DNA of 64,000 bases. Origin: Tubiluchus corallicola. Its lineage: Eukaryota; Animalia; Priapulida. Location: the NCBI GenBank assembly GCA_030141605.1, contig JAQGDQ010000223.1, positions 62,001 to 126,000 on the forward strand, written 5' to 3'. How positions within the stretch are numbered: position 1 is the first letter of the stretch; each line of letters opens with the position of its first letter. The notes under the pieces are model-generated. The model was not told where the DNA came from and made no database searches. It was given only the letters and a program-made list of their open reading frames with translations. A program made the position numbers and the translations under genes. Shown here in pieces: positions 26,001 to 40,336 of the stretch.

Positions 26001-27382
26001 TTTCTATTATCAGTGACATACATCAGATAAAATTTGTTTGTTGTAACATATTAGATTCAATTTTCAGACAGCGAAAGCAAAAAAATATGAGTACAGCTTA
26101 CAAGCAGTATTATTCAATTATCTTTATGCTTTCAACCTTAGAAATTAGTTCCAGAAAAAATAAATTTGTTTATAGTCTTCCTGATCAGAATTGTTTTATA
26201 AATGAATTGTTTTATGGTTGTTAGCATAAGTAGACTAAAATGTACAATACTTTATTAATTTTAACATTATAAAGAAAATAAATACCTTATTTACGCTTAT
26301 AGCAACAACACTTAGTTTCTTTAAAAAAGCTCAATTTTATCAAGTTTTCCATCTAAAGACAAAAACGTCTAGAAAGTAGCAAGCTTACAAAATTATTCTA
26401 TAATACTTGTGCAAAAATGGGAAGTTACATAAAGTAGATTATTCTGTACAAATTGACAGCGTGCAATTTAATACTGTAGAGTCAGTTAATGTACTTGGCA
26501 CATTATATTTAAGCTAAAAGGCTTCTGAGGAAATAACAGTAACAACAGACAAAGTTATTTTATTACTTACAGTTATAGATAGACATCTGTATTAAGACTC
26601 TAATTTTTTACAAAGACTGACTTGATAATACATTTTCAAGCTTCCGCTACACTTTCTTTCAAATTAGTTATTTAATCTTCATTTTAAGTCTGCAAAGTGT
26701 ATAACTACACCTGATATTGACTTCTAATTGAAATCACATGTCATTTTCTGGAATGTTGGTGATTGCTATTTACATCTTACCTGTATCTATTACCTGCTGG
26801 TTCATCATTACACGCGACATAATTACAATTACCACCTGAAGAGCTACACTACATGACATACCATACCTTCGTAAATATTAACAGCATGGATGATGGCGTT
26901 TGCAGCTTCAATTCAAATTCATTATGTTAATAATATTGCCGACGAAGTATCTAAGCTAAAATGAGGATGGAGCCCCATCAGCACTATTTGGACCACAAGC
27001 AGCTGGCGGTGGATGGGCTGGTATTATTTTTGTGTGATGCAGATGATAAAGAACAGCCTGGTGTTCACAGTTTTGGTCATGCATCACACAAAGAAAAAGC
27101 TGAAGTGGTTACTATGAGTTAGATAACTTTGAATAAGAAATTACAGTGACATACGAAAAAGAAGCCACACCTTCAACATGATTATGCTGAATGATTACAC
27201 ATGGTGATGTCATTATGTTTTCTTGGCTAATATCACCTAGTTGGTGCACATACATTCGCTGAATATTTATGAGAAATCGATTATTTATAATCTTATTTTC
27301 GAGATTATCATTAATGATGGCACAAACCCACAATTAATTACACTTTGATGCCAAACTCAGAAGATAAGAAATGTAAAAAGTT

Positions 27383-27446
27383 GGAATCTGAGTTTGAACC
27401 AAGCCCTTCAGCTTAAAAGACAAATCCCATAACCACTAGGCCACCT
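27383..27446 (-). mobile_element. tRNA-derived SINE head / tRNA pseudogene
   Basis: The minus strand reads GGTGGCCTAGTGG (A box) ... GGTTCAAACTC (B box). No convincing full cloverleaf. Confidence 0.5.
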
Positions 27447-27950
27447 TGTTCCTCGATGCTTATGGTATTCAAATTCATCCCTTATGGCTGGTCAACCTTT
27501 CAGCATTTCTAATGCTAGATCACTCACACTAGTGTGCTAATAACTAATTAGATAATTTTGTTTTGATTAATTTGGAGCTTGAAATTTCTGTGTGTAATGC
27601 ATGTTAGTTTTTTAAACAGGAACACATTTTTTCGTGAAGGATGCAAAAAGCTTCTTTAATAGGTTTACCTTCCTGGGACAATGCATGGTTCATATGGTAC
27701 ACCATATTTGAGGGTGTGCTAGCTGCAGCATGTGTGCGTGCATAAAGGACAAATAGACAGACAGATTTTTATCTTTAGATGCATAGGAAAGTAGATTTTA
27801 CTGTACTTCATAATGTGATGCACCATGATCTGCATCCATGAGCACCACCTGCATCTAGGGATAAATCGTATCCGGTTGCTTTAAATCCTATAATTTGTTG
27901 CAGGAGTGTTAGCGAAAGTTGCTAACAGGTGGCACTGCAATGAGCCTTCT

Positions 27951-30900
27951 TCACAATACTGTGTCTAGCACTGATAAACCTTTAAGAATCGTTTCGTCCT
28001 GAAAAAAAGAATGTCACGATAGTAACAATTAAAGCAATTTTCTCTTGCTCACCATAATGGCAATATTTCGTACGAAGGTGGGTGAAGATAGCTCCTAGTA
28101 AGGCCTGTAAGGGGGTACCTAGAACAAATTGCAATAGGATTTTTCTTTTCATATTCTGTTAAAACATGATCCTGGGTACCCTCAACAAAATCGGTAAAAA
28201 ACGGCTTTGATATTTTTAAGATATATGCATAAATCCAAGATGGCGCCTGTTGGGGTCAAAAATCAGTTATATCTCCTAAACCATCAAGCCTAGATGAAAA
28301 ATAGTATTATCGACGGGGCAGCCGAGGATTCCAAAAAGGAGTAGTTTTTCATCTGAGGTCACGATAACGTTACAATACTATTATGACGTAATTAGGAACA
28401 GCACTGCTTCACTGTTGTTGAAAATGGGTTACTGGAATGATCTTCCAATATCAGTACTTTCAATAGCATTCAAAATCAGATACAGATTGACCTAGCATGT
28501 CAGCAGTGTGAATTTTCACATTACACTTCATTGGCATCTGGATGGTGCCTATGCGTGTCAAAAGTTGACTGCTGCTCCTAAACAATTGTTTCTTCTCGAA
28601 AGCGACGTGTTGGCGGCTGATCGGAAAATGCTGATCGGAATGTGAATACAAAAATGTTGCCATTTTACGACATTGTCACGTCACTCAGAGCATTATTGCT
28701 TTTCATTTTATTTTTGAGTGCTTGGCAGTGGCAGTTAGCGCTTGGAAGGAATCGGCTCTACAGTCGGCTAGGTCCATCATTTTGACAATGTGATGCCGTT
28801 GTGACACAGTGTGGCATCTGTTTGCCGTTATCTTAAAGCTAGTTGTACAATTCAGTAAACAGATGACACTGGACGCTCTTTTATGGACCTTAAAGCGAGT
28901 CAGAAACAAAAAAACTAATCTAGGATAAAGGGCATTGCATGTAGTTTATCTTTACAGCAGAGGAAAGCAAGAGTTTAGCCATCTATAAATAGACAAACAT
29001 GTTTGAAAAGACATATGCTAGCTAAACTACTACTAGTAGCATCATTTCTGTACATGTTTCCATGCTAGCGGTCCTAGTGAAGGTTTGATCCATGTAACCC
29101 CTCGATGATCAAACTCCATCTACTGGACAGCTGTGTGATGTCGACTCTGTTGCATGGCAGCGAGACATGGACTATTTCCGCTGATGGCTCAGGTGCCTGG
29201 ACTCCTTCCACCGAAGTCACCTATGTGTCTTATTTTACATCCACTAGTTTCACTTTGACACCAATGAAGAATTATACTGGAGACCGAATAACCAATTCTT
29301 GTGACCACCACTATCGAGCAATGCCGTCTTTGTCTCCTCCGCCACATGTGGCATGCCTGGTTGAGTCTGTCTCAGCCAGACGTCTTTCATGCTGCCTTCT
29401 GTCCTCAGTCAATCAAATCGTCCCCTCCCCCCCCCACAAAGCACACCAATTGGCATCGTTGAAAAATGGCAAGATTTTTGGCTTCATATAGTGCGTTTTC
29501 TGATCAGTCATTAACACATTACTTTCGGGGAGGATTAATTGTTTAGGAGAAGTAAACAACTTTTGACCCGCATAGGCACCATTCAGATTCCAATGAAATA
29601 ATGTGAATATTCACACTGATGACATGCTAGGTCAACCTGTAACTGATTTTGAATGCTATTGCAGGTACTGATATTGAAATTTCAGTGACCCATTTTCAAC
29701 AACAGTGAAGCAGTGATGTTAACAATTACGTTATAATGCTATTGAGACATCATCGTGACATGGCAGATGAAAAGCCGACCCCATTTTTGGAATTCTCGGG
29801 TGCACTTTCCTATCAGTCGATAATACATATTTTTTACCTAAATCCGACGGTTTAGAAGATATAACTGATTTTTGGCCCCAGTAGGCGCAATCTCGGATTT
29901 ATGCGTATATCTCAAAAGTATCAAAGCCGACTGTGGCCCATTTTTTTGCTGGGGGTACCTGAGATTACGTTCTAACAGAATCTGAAGAGAAGAATTCCAT
30001 TGCAATTTGTTCTAGGTTATTTGTTATCTTTACACGCCTATTAAGGAATTTGAAATTTGAGACAGACTGGAATGGAATACTGTAAATCCTCATTATAACG
30101 GACCTTGTTACAGTGGTTTTCAAATCAACAGCCTGATTCTGCTGTCGGTTCTTTCTGATTAAAAGGGATAAATACGCTATGATCATGTTAGCCTGTGTCC
30201 AGACTACCTCCCGTCGGCGAATGATACAGTCAATATGCATGCATGCGATATTGTTCATCCACCAGGGCTTTGGTACATAATTACCGTTTATTGCAATACA
30301 TTCTGTGTATATTGCGTTTTTATGGGTTCGCTAGTTATTTCCATTATAAGATTTTCTACTTAACGTATCCAGTTATTGTACCGCCCTCTCGCGAGTTAGT
30401 TATAACGACGGTCATCACAAGTAATGTTTTTAATTCTAGTAAACACAGCAAATGGCAGCTTTTCGATTATCAGCTGAAGCTGAATATAGCTCAATGCACA
30501 ATTTTTATAAAAAAGCTTCATTTGCATTTGAATATTTCAAATAACTTCAATCAAATGAGTATACTGCCTACATTTAACCTACCTATATTTGACTAAAATC
30601 GCCTAGTTAGCAGTCTGTGCTATTTAAATTGCTCATATCTACAGTCTTGCAGGTTGGTCCAGAAATTGAATAATGCAGATTTGATGCTATTATGGTTATC
30701 AACCAGGAATTTTATCGGCTATATAACTGTCAGTTGTAATATTCAATATTCCATTAGATGAATATTTGGCATGTCTTTGACGCACATTTATACTTACAAG
30801 TTGGCTTAGCAATCCAAAAGAGTTAATTCAATTTCGAAATTTATGTCTCAGATTCCAGAAATTATCAAGAGAAAAAGGTTTGGCAAGCTTTATAAAACCA

Positions 30901-33900
30901 GACGTAGTGTTTGATTAGATTTAGTGTACATGTAAATTTATTTTACTTCTTCGTAAAAGACGTCCCAAGATAATTTGTTTACAAATTTACAATGTTAGTT
31001 CATATGACGACAGTTTCTTATTAGTTTCATTTTAATGGACTCACAGTTCTCTGTCCGCATCTGAAAGAAAACTCTTCTTGAAGTGTCGTCTGAATGCAAG
31101 GGCATAATACTCCTCAGCGTGTACAAAAGTAAAATTTAGTAGAGGCATAATACTCTACGGCATGTGCACCAGTATGTAAAATTAAACAAGAGCATAATAC
31201 TCTACAGCGTGTACAAAAATGAAATTCAGCAAAGGCATAATATTCTGTAGCGTGTGCAAAAGTATAATTTAGCGAGGACACAATGCTCTACAGTAAATCT
31301 ACAAGAAAAGTTTACTGACTATGTGAAATATGAACATTGTAAGTTTTTGGGGACTTAGATTTAGAAATTGTCATCTATCCCATAAGGAAGTTTGTGAATG
31401 CGATTTGGTCTGGACAAGTTTCCGCATGATTTAAAACGCATCATAGTGATTAGTGATTTTGTCAAAATTATGAACTGCCGGCAAATTTGCATGTGGAAGT
31501 TGGGTCGATTTTAGGCAAACGAAAAAGCACCAAATTGTTGTTTTCTTACAGATTCAACTTATATTTATATTTACATTTGTTCAATATTTTTTAAGGTACA
31601 ACGGCATCAAAAATGTTCTAAAATGGATCCGCATGGCCCGTACGTAGCCCAAATTTGAGAGAAGCATTCTAGCAGATTCTGTTATTTCAAAAGAATAGTA
31701 GTAATGTCGACGTGGCAGAACTTACCTTTAGACAGGTTTCCATAAATTCTTCTATTGTTATCACGCCGTCTTTATTTAAATCCATTTTCTGAAAGAATAA
31801 AATAAAATGAAAAATCACTCTATCCTGACTACGATGATAATAACGACGACCACGATGATGATGTTGATGAATGACGACAACGACGATATTGGCAAATTAT
31901 AAGGAAGCCAGGCCTATAGAGCTGCTGCCTCGTTTTGAAGACACAGATCACATTTTTGGACAGTTTGTCGCTTTTCATTACCAAAAACTTTTATTACCGA
32001 GTTTTGACAGTTATATAACAAAGCCGGTACATTAACTATTTGTGATTTCTGGCCATCCAAACGGTATATCCCAGGCGTCACACAATATTGTCACCAATTG
32101 GTCGCGACCTTGACAAAAAATATGTCCAGAAAATGTTGCCACCGTGTTGGTACAATATTGGATATTCTTGCCAATATTGGTACAACATTGGACCAATAAT
32201 GTCGTCCAATATTGGAAACACATGGTTTACACGTACTGCTAAAAGATAGGTAAATGTTGTGGCAAGTCCACATTTCCATATTGTCCAAATATTTGCAAAA
32301 GTATTGTCACAACACTGGTACAATATTGTTGTGCTGCATTATTATACTTTCGAAGCACAGGGTTTGTTGCCTGTTTGTTCACTCATTGAAGACCTTTTAG
32401 TGCCCTTTGCAAGTTTCATCATTAAACTTTTACCCACTTTATCGGTTATTGGTAAAGGATCAATACCTTTTCTTGCCTGACCAGCAACTGGGTTTAACCA
32501 TTAGTGCACTTTGTAGTATTTTTGATGGTTTTTGTTGTTTATCGATTACACATTAATTTGTTGTTTATTTCTTACTTCACAGTCGGTTTTGTAAAAATTT
32601 TGTCGAAAACCGATAAGTGATTGCAAAGTTACTCATAGAAAAAGTCCGAAAAACGACACTCAAAACGTTGGTCGGATACCTCGGACGTTTTCCTCGGTGG
32701 GTGGACCTCCCTGAGGCCCACCATGGGCTGATTAAGGGTTTCACGGTGGATAGCTATTAACAAAAAACGCGCATCTGCGTATGTGCGCAATTATAAATCC
32801 AATGTGTTCAACTGGTAATCCTGACATTTACCTAAATTTGTCTTTAGCACGTTCGGTTTTAATGATTTTGTTATCCTGTTAAAAATATCTCAAATAGGGC
32901 TGCCAGCTGTCCTTTGTTAGGACAATTCTACATTTCAATCATTGTCCTATATCCTATGTTTACTCCTAAATGATAACGTGTCTTAAATATGGATAAAAAC
33001 CCAAATTGATGAATTACTTTTATAAAGTTCAAATCTCAGTCAATTTTTTTTCAAAAATGGCATTTTTACAGATATGTTCACACTATTCTTAATTATTTAA
33101 ACTGGCTAAATTTTCCTTAACAATTCAAAAATATCGAAATTTAGGAAGGGTAAATTTTAAAGAGTTTTTATTAAAAATGTGTTTTTATATATATTTGAAT
33201 TTTCAAAAAGTGACCCTATTCTCTTAGATTCTCAGGACTCCGAGGGTCTATCAAAAGTTTAGGCTCTTGCCCAATTAGTTTAATTGTTAATCAACTCTTG
33301 CGGCCTGGAATGAATGACACGGCAAATAGAACTCCGTATTTACACCCCAAAGGACAGGAGAACAAGTAGGGCTGCTTTCATCCATTCCAGAAGCGCAATA
33401 TTTTTTTTTAACTAAAAATGAATCGGGCGTTTAGTTTCTTAGTCAATTATCTAGTTGAGATAAAACTGTGGACCGAGATACTGAAATCGGTACTTCTTTT
33501 TCTCTGACTGATACAGAGGATTGATAAAGCACCTATCTTGGTCCAGCGACGGGGCGAAATTTAGCTTTTTTACGGCAGAAGTGGTGCTAAAGAAATTTGT
33601 CCACTATAAATCCTCTGCATCGAGAATAATAAGCTTCTAGACATGAAGCAAAATCTGCAGTTTTTACTCAGCTAAAAAGTCTACATTTTTAGGTATATCA
33701 GTTAATACATTATTAATTTCCTTGCTGTACTGAATGTTGACGTAGTTGTTATTAGACCGCCTGCTTATTGATTAACGCATTTTGTTTATTTTTGTTTCAT
33801 AACTCTGCAAGCAACGGCATTCGAAAGTTGCAATTCATTAACCACGTGAAGTACTTCGCTCGCAGGCACACACTGTGTTTGCCCGAAATTGAAATTCAGT

Positions 33901-36900
33901 GTTTGATGGCGGTTGCGAAACTGCCTCCAAAAACTGAGGAGAGAAACAAACGAAAACCACGAAATGTGACAATATTGACAGACGGAATGAAGGGGTCTTT
34001 AAGTGACAGTGTACACATCAGTCTAGCTGCTGTCGTGCTAAAGTACTTCTTGAGGCGTTTTTATTTTGCGGTTTGTGCGTACGTGATATGTGAGTGCTAG
34101 TCGCAATTTTTGGATCTTGTTCGGTCAAATCGCAACTCATCTGGATGTTGTTGTTGTTCTTGTTGGAAGACCATTTTGAAACAAGCCTAACGCTCCGAGA
34201 ATTTGCAATAGTTCGTTATGACACGGCACGCGAGTTTACTAGAACGCAGGCACACACTGTGTTTGCCCGAAATTGAAATTCAGTGTTCGATGGCGGTTGC
34301 GAAACTGCCACCAAAAACTGAGCAGAGAAAGAAACGAAAACCACGAAATATGACAATAGTGACTGACGGAATGAAGGGAACGTTAAGTGAAAGTGTACAC
34401 ATATTGATTTGATGATTTTGAATGTAAATATTTGTTTTATATAAAAGTTTGTTTTTATTGTTTGCATATGATGTGAAATAAAAAAATAAAAAAAACGAAT
34501 TCCGCACCGACTTACGAATTTTCTACCCGCCATTTTTAATTCAAGATGGCGGCGGTAATATCATTTCGAAGAAAGCCTCGGGCTCTGCCAGTTCGCAAAG
34601 GATCGTCATAAAACTTAACAGGAATATACTAGAACGAATTCAGCATTGACTGATGGAATCGATTTTTGACCTGACATCTTAATTTCAGAATTGCGACAGT
34701 GACGTCATTTGCTAAAAAACCTAAAAGCCTGGCCTGCGAACAAATGCACTAGAACAAATGCTGGGCGAAAGTACAGGGGCATATGGAAAGGGGGCTTAGA
34801 TAGGAGTGAAAAATGGAGAAAGGAAATGGTGACATTTAATTCATTTATTATATAGACCAAAATCGAACTATAAAAATTTTGAGTTGATTTTGATTCTTAC
34901 TCACACTATATTTTAGAAAATCTTCAAAGGGAAGAGGTATGGTCTTACCCATATGCTTCGCATGAATGGTTTATGACAACCTATTGTATTCGAGACAAAG
35001 TCAAAGACAAAAATACTGTACAACATTTATTTAACGTTGTTTATTCTAACAGGTAACATTAGCACTGAGCGCTATTTAGCGACTTACAACAATACAGGCA
35101 AGGACGCAACACACACGACGAATAACATGTAGGCTGTATGTCCTGGCGTTTGCAGCCGCTAGACTCAAAATCTAGACTGCGTGGTTGCAGTCCAAAATCT
35201 AGACTACTCGGCCACACACCCCTTGACAAACTCGTACTGTTTGTGGCAGTTTGCTCACTGGAGGCTGTGTACGGTCATACGTGGCTAAAACAGCTCTGCT
35301 GGTTCAGTGGCTCATCTTTGAGGGTTATCAAAGATAATATCGAGTCAGGCTCTGGTCATACCAGAAAAATGATTCTGCCGTTGAAAGCCTGATTCAAGCT
35401 TGCAGTGTGTCGAAGCGTATATGAAAAAAGAAAAAAAATCACAACTAGCATAACTTACGTCAAAGACCATGTCTACATGATCTTGTGCTGTAGTTTCCTC
35501 AAGCATTGGTGATGTGTACCTTCCTAGCATGTCATATATACTGGACACAATGTCAAGCATTTCTTCTCTTGTCACGTATCCATCCTGGTTGATGTCGTAC
35601 AGGTTGAATGCCCACTGAAGCTTTTCTGTCGTTGTACCTCTGGCAAGAACTGATAGACCCATAACGAAGTCCTGAAAAAATGGTGACCGTTAACAGCATC
35701 AGTTCTGAAAAATGGGTTCATTATTGGTACGATGCTAGGTGAATAGCAACAACCAGAGCCATTCCATAAGATTAATTAATGGAGGCTTAGTCATTCAATG
35801 CAATTGTAGAGACATGTATTTCTTAGATGAAGCCAGGAAAGCAGATTTACTCATCAATTAACTAGTCTTCAATGATGATGTACAATGTAACGATTAATTG
35901 GCTAAGACGTTCAGCCAGCTAACTGACTGATGAACAAATTAATCATCTGCAGAAGCCTGTTAGTCGCCGATAGCTTAATAAGTGAGTTTGTCAGCATGTG
36001 GGTCACTAAGGGGTCGAATGTTCGAATAAGAGAGAGAGTATGAGAATATGCGGGGTAGATGCTTATACGTACATTTCGATGCGGTGGTTGTTGTGGGTTT
36101 ATGCGCAAATTTTTGTGGGGTTTGGCTAGTTTTATGCAAAGAAGTAAGACTTCAATGAAAATTAAAGGGAAAATTTTTAGAAATAATGAATCAATAACGA
36201 AACTAGTTAAGCGATCGCAATAAAATTCGCATGCGTAAAATTCTTTTGCGATCAGGCAGTATGGGCAAAATTTGATTGCGATTCTTGGCTAATATTACGT
36301 AGACAGTTAATAAAAAAGGGCAAATTAAAAGGAAAAAATATTAAGAAATAATGAATTTACAACGAAGTTATTTGAGCGGGTCAGGTAGTTAGTCAGTCAG
36401 TAAATTAGTCAGTGTAAGGCCACGTACATTTATTTGAGCTGGGTTTTTCTCCTCACGACTTATGCCTTATGGATTACGTCCAGCTCTGTGTGTCAGTGTC
36501 TGACACGAGCCTAAATGCCCTTCGGTAAGTCACCATTTTAGTATTCAGCAACTCAACACCGAAAACAATTCTGGATCTTACAAGAAAAATCGATAGTTAG
36601 CTAGAAAAAGGCATTCTGCACTGTCCGCGGCTTCCTGCAACTGAAAAGTTTCAGTAAAATGCAAACAGAAATAATTCAATGAATTGACATCAGAAGACAC
36701 CCGCGTCAATAATATCCTTTTAGTGACTTGTCCTTTATCAGCCATTACACCCACCATCAAGCAACGCTCAACGCCTTGACAGAATGTATTTCTGTCCAAT
36801 AAATGACTGCTGGCTTGTCTCCCAGAAGAAACAAGCACAAAATACGGATAAGACAGATTCTTATAACCGCTTTCGTCATTTACCAATAACTCGAAGTTAA

Positions 36901-37721
36901 CAACTTTTTCTCGTTTTTTCGTTTCTCTCGTCTTTTCAATTACAATTTTGGTTAATTGTTTCACTAGGCAGTTGTGGAACTACATTTTTGAACGCCTATA
37001 ACGTTAAAGGCGATACACAACTCTGACATGCGGTAAGGATTAATTATTTTTTTCAGTTACGATTCTGGGTAAAAAAATTTGCACTTACGGAGCTATATTT
37101 GTTAACGCTCATAATGTTAAAAGGCAATGCACAACTTTGATGTGCTGTATAGAATAATTAATTTTCACTAAAGAAAAGATCAGCAAAGTAGTATTGCTCT
37201 TGTAATTTTTTTTAGATCACATTACATTAACAAAGTAAATTATTACATTAACTATCACATTACGTTAATTATTTAAATTTAATGTCCATGCTTGTCCATT
37301 CTAGAAAAAGTTTAATTTTAGTTGGTTTAGGTTTGCCGAACTTCTTAACAAAAATTCTTTGTTGTCACGTGTGATACAGAAAATAAATTTGACAAGTGAA
37401 ATGTTTTTGAGCTGAGCACTCCCACTAGACAAATTTATTGCTCAAAATGTATGTATCCGCGGAAAAAATTAACGAGGAAGAAATTGTTATTTTAGCTTAT
37501 GGGCCTGTTTAACTTTGACAACGTCTAATAATTCACCGAAAGACAAATTTCTGATAGGAAACTGCAATGAAACGTAATCTTAAAACTGGCACGTCGAAGC
37601 TAATTAATTTTCAATTTCATTTCTAACAAAGTTACTAATTAATACGCAACTAACTAGGAGAAAATTGAAATCCAGCAAGATAGATGCATAATTTCACAAT
37701 TTTTTGCGTTGTTAAGGATTG

Positions 37722-37819
<98 letters not shown>

Positions 37820-40336
37820 CGCGAGAGAGCGAGAGAGAGAGAGAGAGAAGAGGGGGATTCACTCGGTATTCCTTAGTATAATTAACTTACCTCAAAAGTG
37901 ACATTGCCATTATTATCTTGGTCGAAAAGTTGGAAAACGTAATGAGCGTATTGGCTAGCATCTGCAAATACATGAAACTTAATTAATTCTATTAAACTGG
38001 TGAAAGGATAGAGGGCTGGAGGACAAAGCAAAAACATAGCGCTAACAGTGCATATAAACAATAGCGGAGCTTTGTTTAGCGAAGTTTGTTAATTGATGTG
38101 AACTATGAAATTTATTTCGCATATCAGGAAGTACGCTATCAGATACATCAACAAAGTTTGAAGTTAAACAATTTTAAGTAGTGTGTCTACCATCTGGTCA
38201 TTTTCACACTCACCTTGCTAATATAGGAAAAATAATTATAATATGAATACTTATATAGAAGTGTACATTTCACCTAACAATGTAACTGAGAGGGGTGTAA
38301 TAACAGCAATAGCATTTTCTAGTTGTTTATACAGAAGGGTTAAACATTTTCTAGATATCATCAGGTCTTTTCTCTCACTCATTTTTTCCTCCTCTGCGTT
38401 TATTATTGATTGACCTCTAAAGGTGATCTTGTAAAACAAGCGTGCGAGTTTCCCGGCGAAGTGAATACTGCAAGCACTTAGTCCATCATTCGGTTTGTCA
38501 GTTTTAGCAAGTGAATTTAGTGACGGAAGAAGAACCAATGACAGAACAAAGCGACCAGTTGCTGATGATGGTTGCGGTTGTAGATGGGCAGAGAGTCAAT
38601 TTGCTTTCTTTCCTTCCTTAAAATGCATCCAATCAATTTAAGTAAATTTATGCAGGAAAACATGTGTGTTTTAAAAGACTAATTTATTGTTAAAACACTT
38701 AAAAAATTTAAAATCGCTGTAGCATAGCCGATGTTCGACTGCAGTATTCAGCAAGTTTGCCAGTTTGCAAGAGTTTTTAAACAACAACTAGTTTATATGA
38801 ATGGATACTTACAGTCGAAACGTCTGTAATGCTACATTGATTTCAAAATTTTCGTGTGTTTTAACAATAAGTTTGTCTTTTATTTTAAAACCGGATTGTC
38901 TTTTGTAAAACTGTAATATTTACAGTTTTTAGTTTTTAAAGCTATTGATAACAAAATTGTGTTTTTTACATAGATAAATTTCGAGTTTCGACCAGAATTG
39001 TTAGATTATAGTTGGACTGTTGGAATTGTTCCATAAATAGTCAGAAGTTCAGAAGTTCAGTTTAATCCTGTAACGTTTAAATGCGATTATAATGCACCAC
39101 CTTTTTATTTTTAATACCAGCAGCCTGGGAAGGCAGTTAAAGTTTACCGAACAAATATTAAGGGGAAACGTAGACTTATATGCACTTACCTCCTTGTGGA
39201 AAAAACTGAGCGTAAATATCCTTAAAAGTCTCTTCATTTACCATACCCGTTGGACATTCCTATAAAGAAAGTGGTCATTTTCGAAACATGATTTACAAAC
39301 AGGGTGATTTGATATTTATAAGATTCTTGATGGCATTATAATATTACAGTCTGTGTTTGGGGAAGTCCAAAGACGCTAGTCTCAAATTGATGGGTTACTA
39401 ACCAACATTTGATATCAATAATACCAACCGATTTCCGCCTTGGGATGAAATTTCTTGCTTTTACGCCACTGACGCTTTATGCGTTTACATTAGTAGTATT
39501 TATCACATATACAGTTATATGGAAAAAGTTGCGGCAAGATATAAAAATCTTATTTTTAATTAACACCTTTGCTTTGTTTTAAAATATCAAATATACTTTG
39601 CACAAAATTGTTATCGATTCCATATAAGCAAACGCATTGTTATTTTTTCACAGGTTTATCCACATGTGAAAATTCTAACGCTGACCTTCTATAGATGGTG
39701 CGTGGATGATATTTATACATACATTTTACTGGTTTTCCACTATTATTGTTGCGGGCTGTGTTTTTCAATGAATGATCTTTCTACGTAGGGAAATTTTACA
39801 TTTTAAATCTACTTCGCTACATGACTGGCCGGTTGCCACTTTTGTTTACTAAAGTGGCGTTTAGGTAGCATCCGGAATGCGTTATGCGTTATTCACTTTC
39901 GGAATAGATGCGGAATAAAAATCAATAGGAAATGTTTGCAGAAAAAATAACGCATAACATAGGTCTGATAAACGGGTGCATTGAAAGCAGTATAAACCGA
40001 TTTTATCTACTGCGCACCCCCATAACGCATACGTATTCCGAATGTCAGGTAAACGCCACTTAACTCGTCAACCTTAATTTTTATAGTTTTTTTTGGAAGG
40101 GGAAGTTTCTTTAAGTTTGTGAACTCAAGAAAATGAATGACACATTCACTACAAAGATTACTGACAGACGTGCTAATAAAGTAGGCATAAACTAAACTTC
40201 ATGAGTTGTACCTGTTTGAATCCTCTGTACATCATTTGCAACTCTTTGCGACTGAACCTGGTCGTCTTGCAAAGTGAATCCAGCCCTTCTGGTTTATATC
40301 TAACCACTTGCATCTCCAGATCATCAATATCATGAT
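27951..40336 (-). CDS. KCNIP: Kv channel-interacting protein (KChIP/calsenilin family, EF-hand neuronal calcium sensor), conserved core exons
   Basis: Exons 40336-40212 (..[30 protein letters not shown]), 39259-39190 ([23 protein letters not shown]), 37961-37891 ([23 protein letters not shown]), 35671-35459 ([31 protein letters not shown]..), 31788-31726 ([21 protein letters not shown]) and 27998-27951 ([15 protein letters not shown]). All are GT-AG and phase-compatible. A phase-1 upstream first exon is still needed. Confidence 0.95.
28116..30017. mobile_element. Foldback structure: ~450-bp inverted repeats (28116-28567 / 29557-30017) in the last KChIP intron
   Basis: Extended reverse-complement similarity, e.g. 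ttcactgttgttgaaaatggg / cccattttcaacaacagtgaa and aaaatcagttatatct / agatataactgatttt. Confidence 0.8.
29095..29400 (+). pseudogene. Decayed RTE-like LINE ORF fragment
   Basis: [22 protein letters not shown] resembles the conserved LLYGxETW motif downstream of the RT in RTE-type LINEs. The frame is lost after it. Confidence 0.6.
31099..31295. repeat. ~45-bp minisatellite, 4-5 copies
   Basis: Repeated unit ggcataatactctacagcgtgtacaaaagtaaaatttag. Confidence 0.85.
33861..34401 (+). repeat. ~157-bp direct repeat pair (33861-34017, 34245-34401)
   Basis: cgcaggcacacactgtgtttgcccgaaattgaaattcagtg...gtacaca occurs twice. Confidence 0.85.
37725..37848. repeat. (GA)n microsatellite next to a KChIP donor site
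   Basis: Seen directly in the sequence. Confidence 0.97.
38673..38881. mobile_element. Palindromic MITE-like foldback
   Basis: Arms aaaagac..ttattgttaaaacac..tgtagcat..ttcgactg and cagtcgaa..atgctaca..gtgttttaacaataa..gtctttt. Confidence 0.7.
39853..40060. mobile_element. Tourist-like (PIF/Harbinger) MITE
   Basis: TIR agtggcgttta / taaacgccact, flanked by a TAA TSD on both sides. Confidence 0.8.

Noticed and set aside
27383-27446. Functional tRNA gene
   Set aside because: A and B boxes are present, but the acceptor and anticodon stems do not pair convincingly. Treated as a SINE head or pseudogene.
31099-31295. CRISPR-like periodic array
   Set aside because: The whole unit repeats with no unique spacers, in a eukaryotic intron. 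It is a minisatellite.
32066-32493. ccaatattgg-rich region with several overlapping ORFs
   Set aside because: It looks like a non-autonomous DNA element (cccag...ctggg ends), but I could not establish boundaries or a TSD. The ORFs have no recognisable content.
37650-37901. ER/LS-repeat ORFs (also poly-Leu at 42270, PSFL at 44034, and the ORFs at 62003-62500)
   Set aside because: These are translations of microsatellites.
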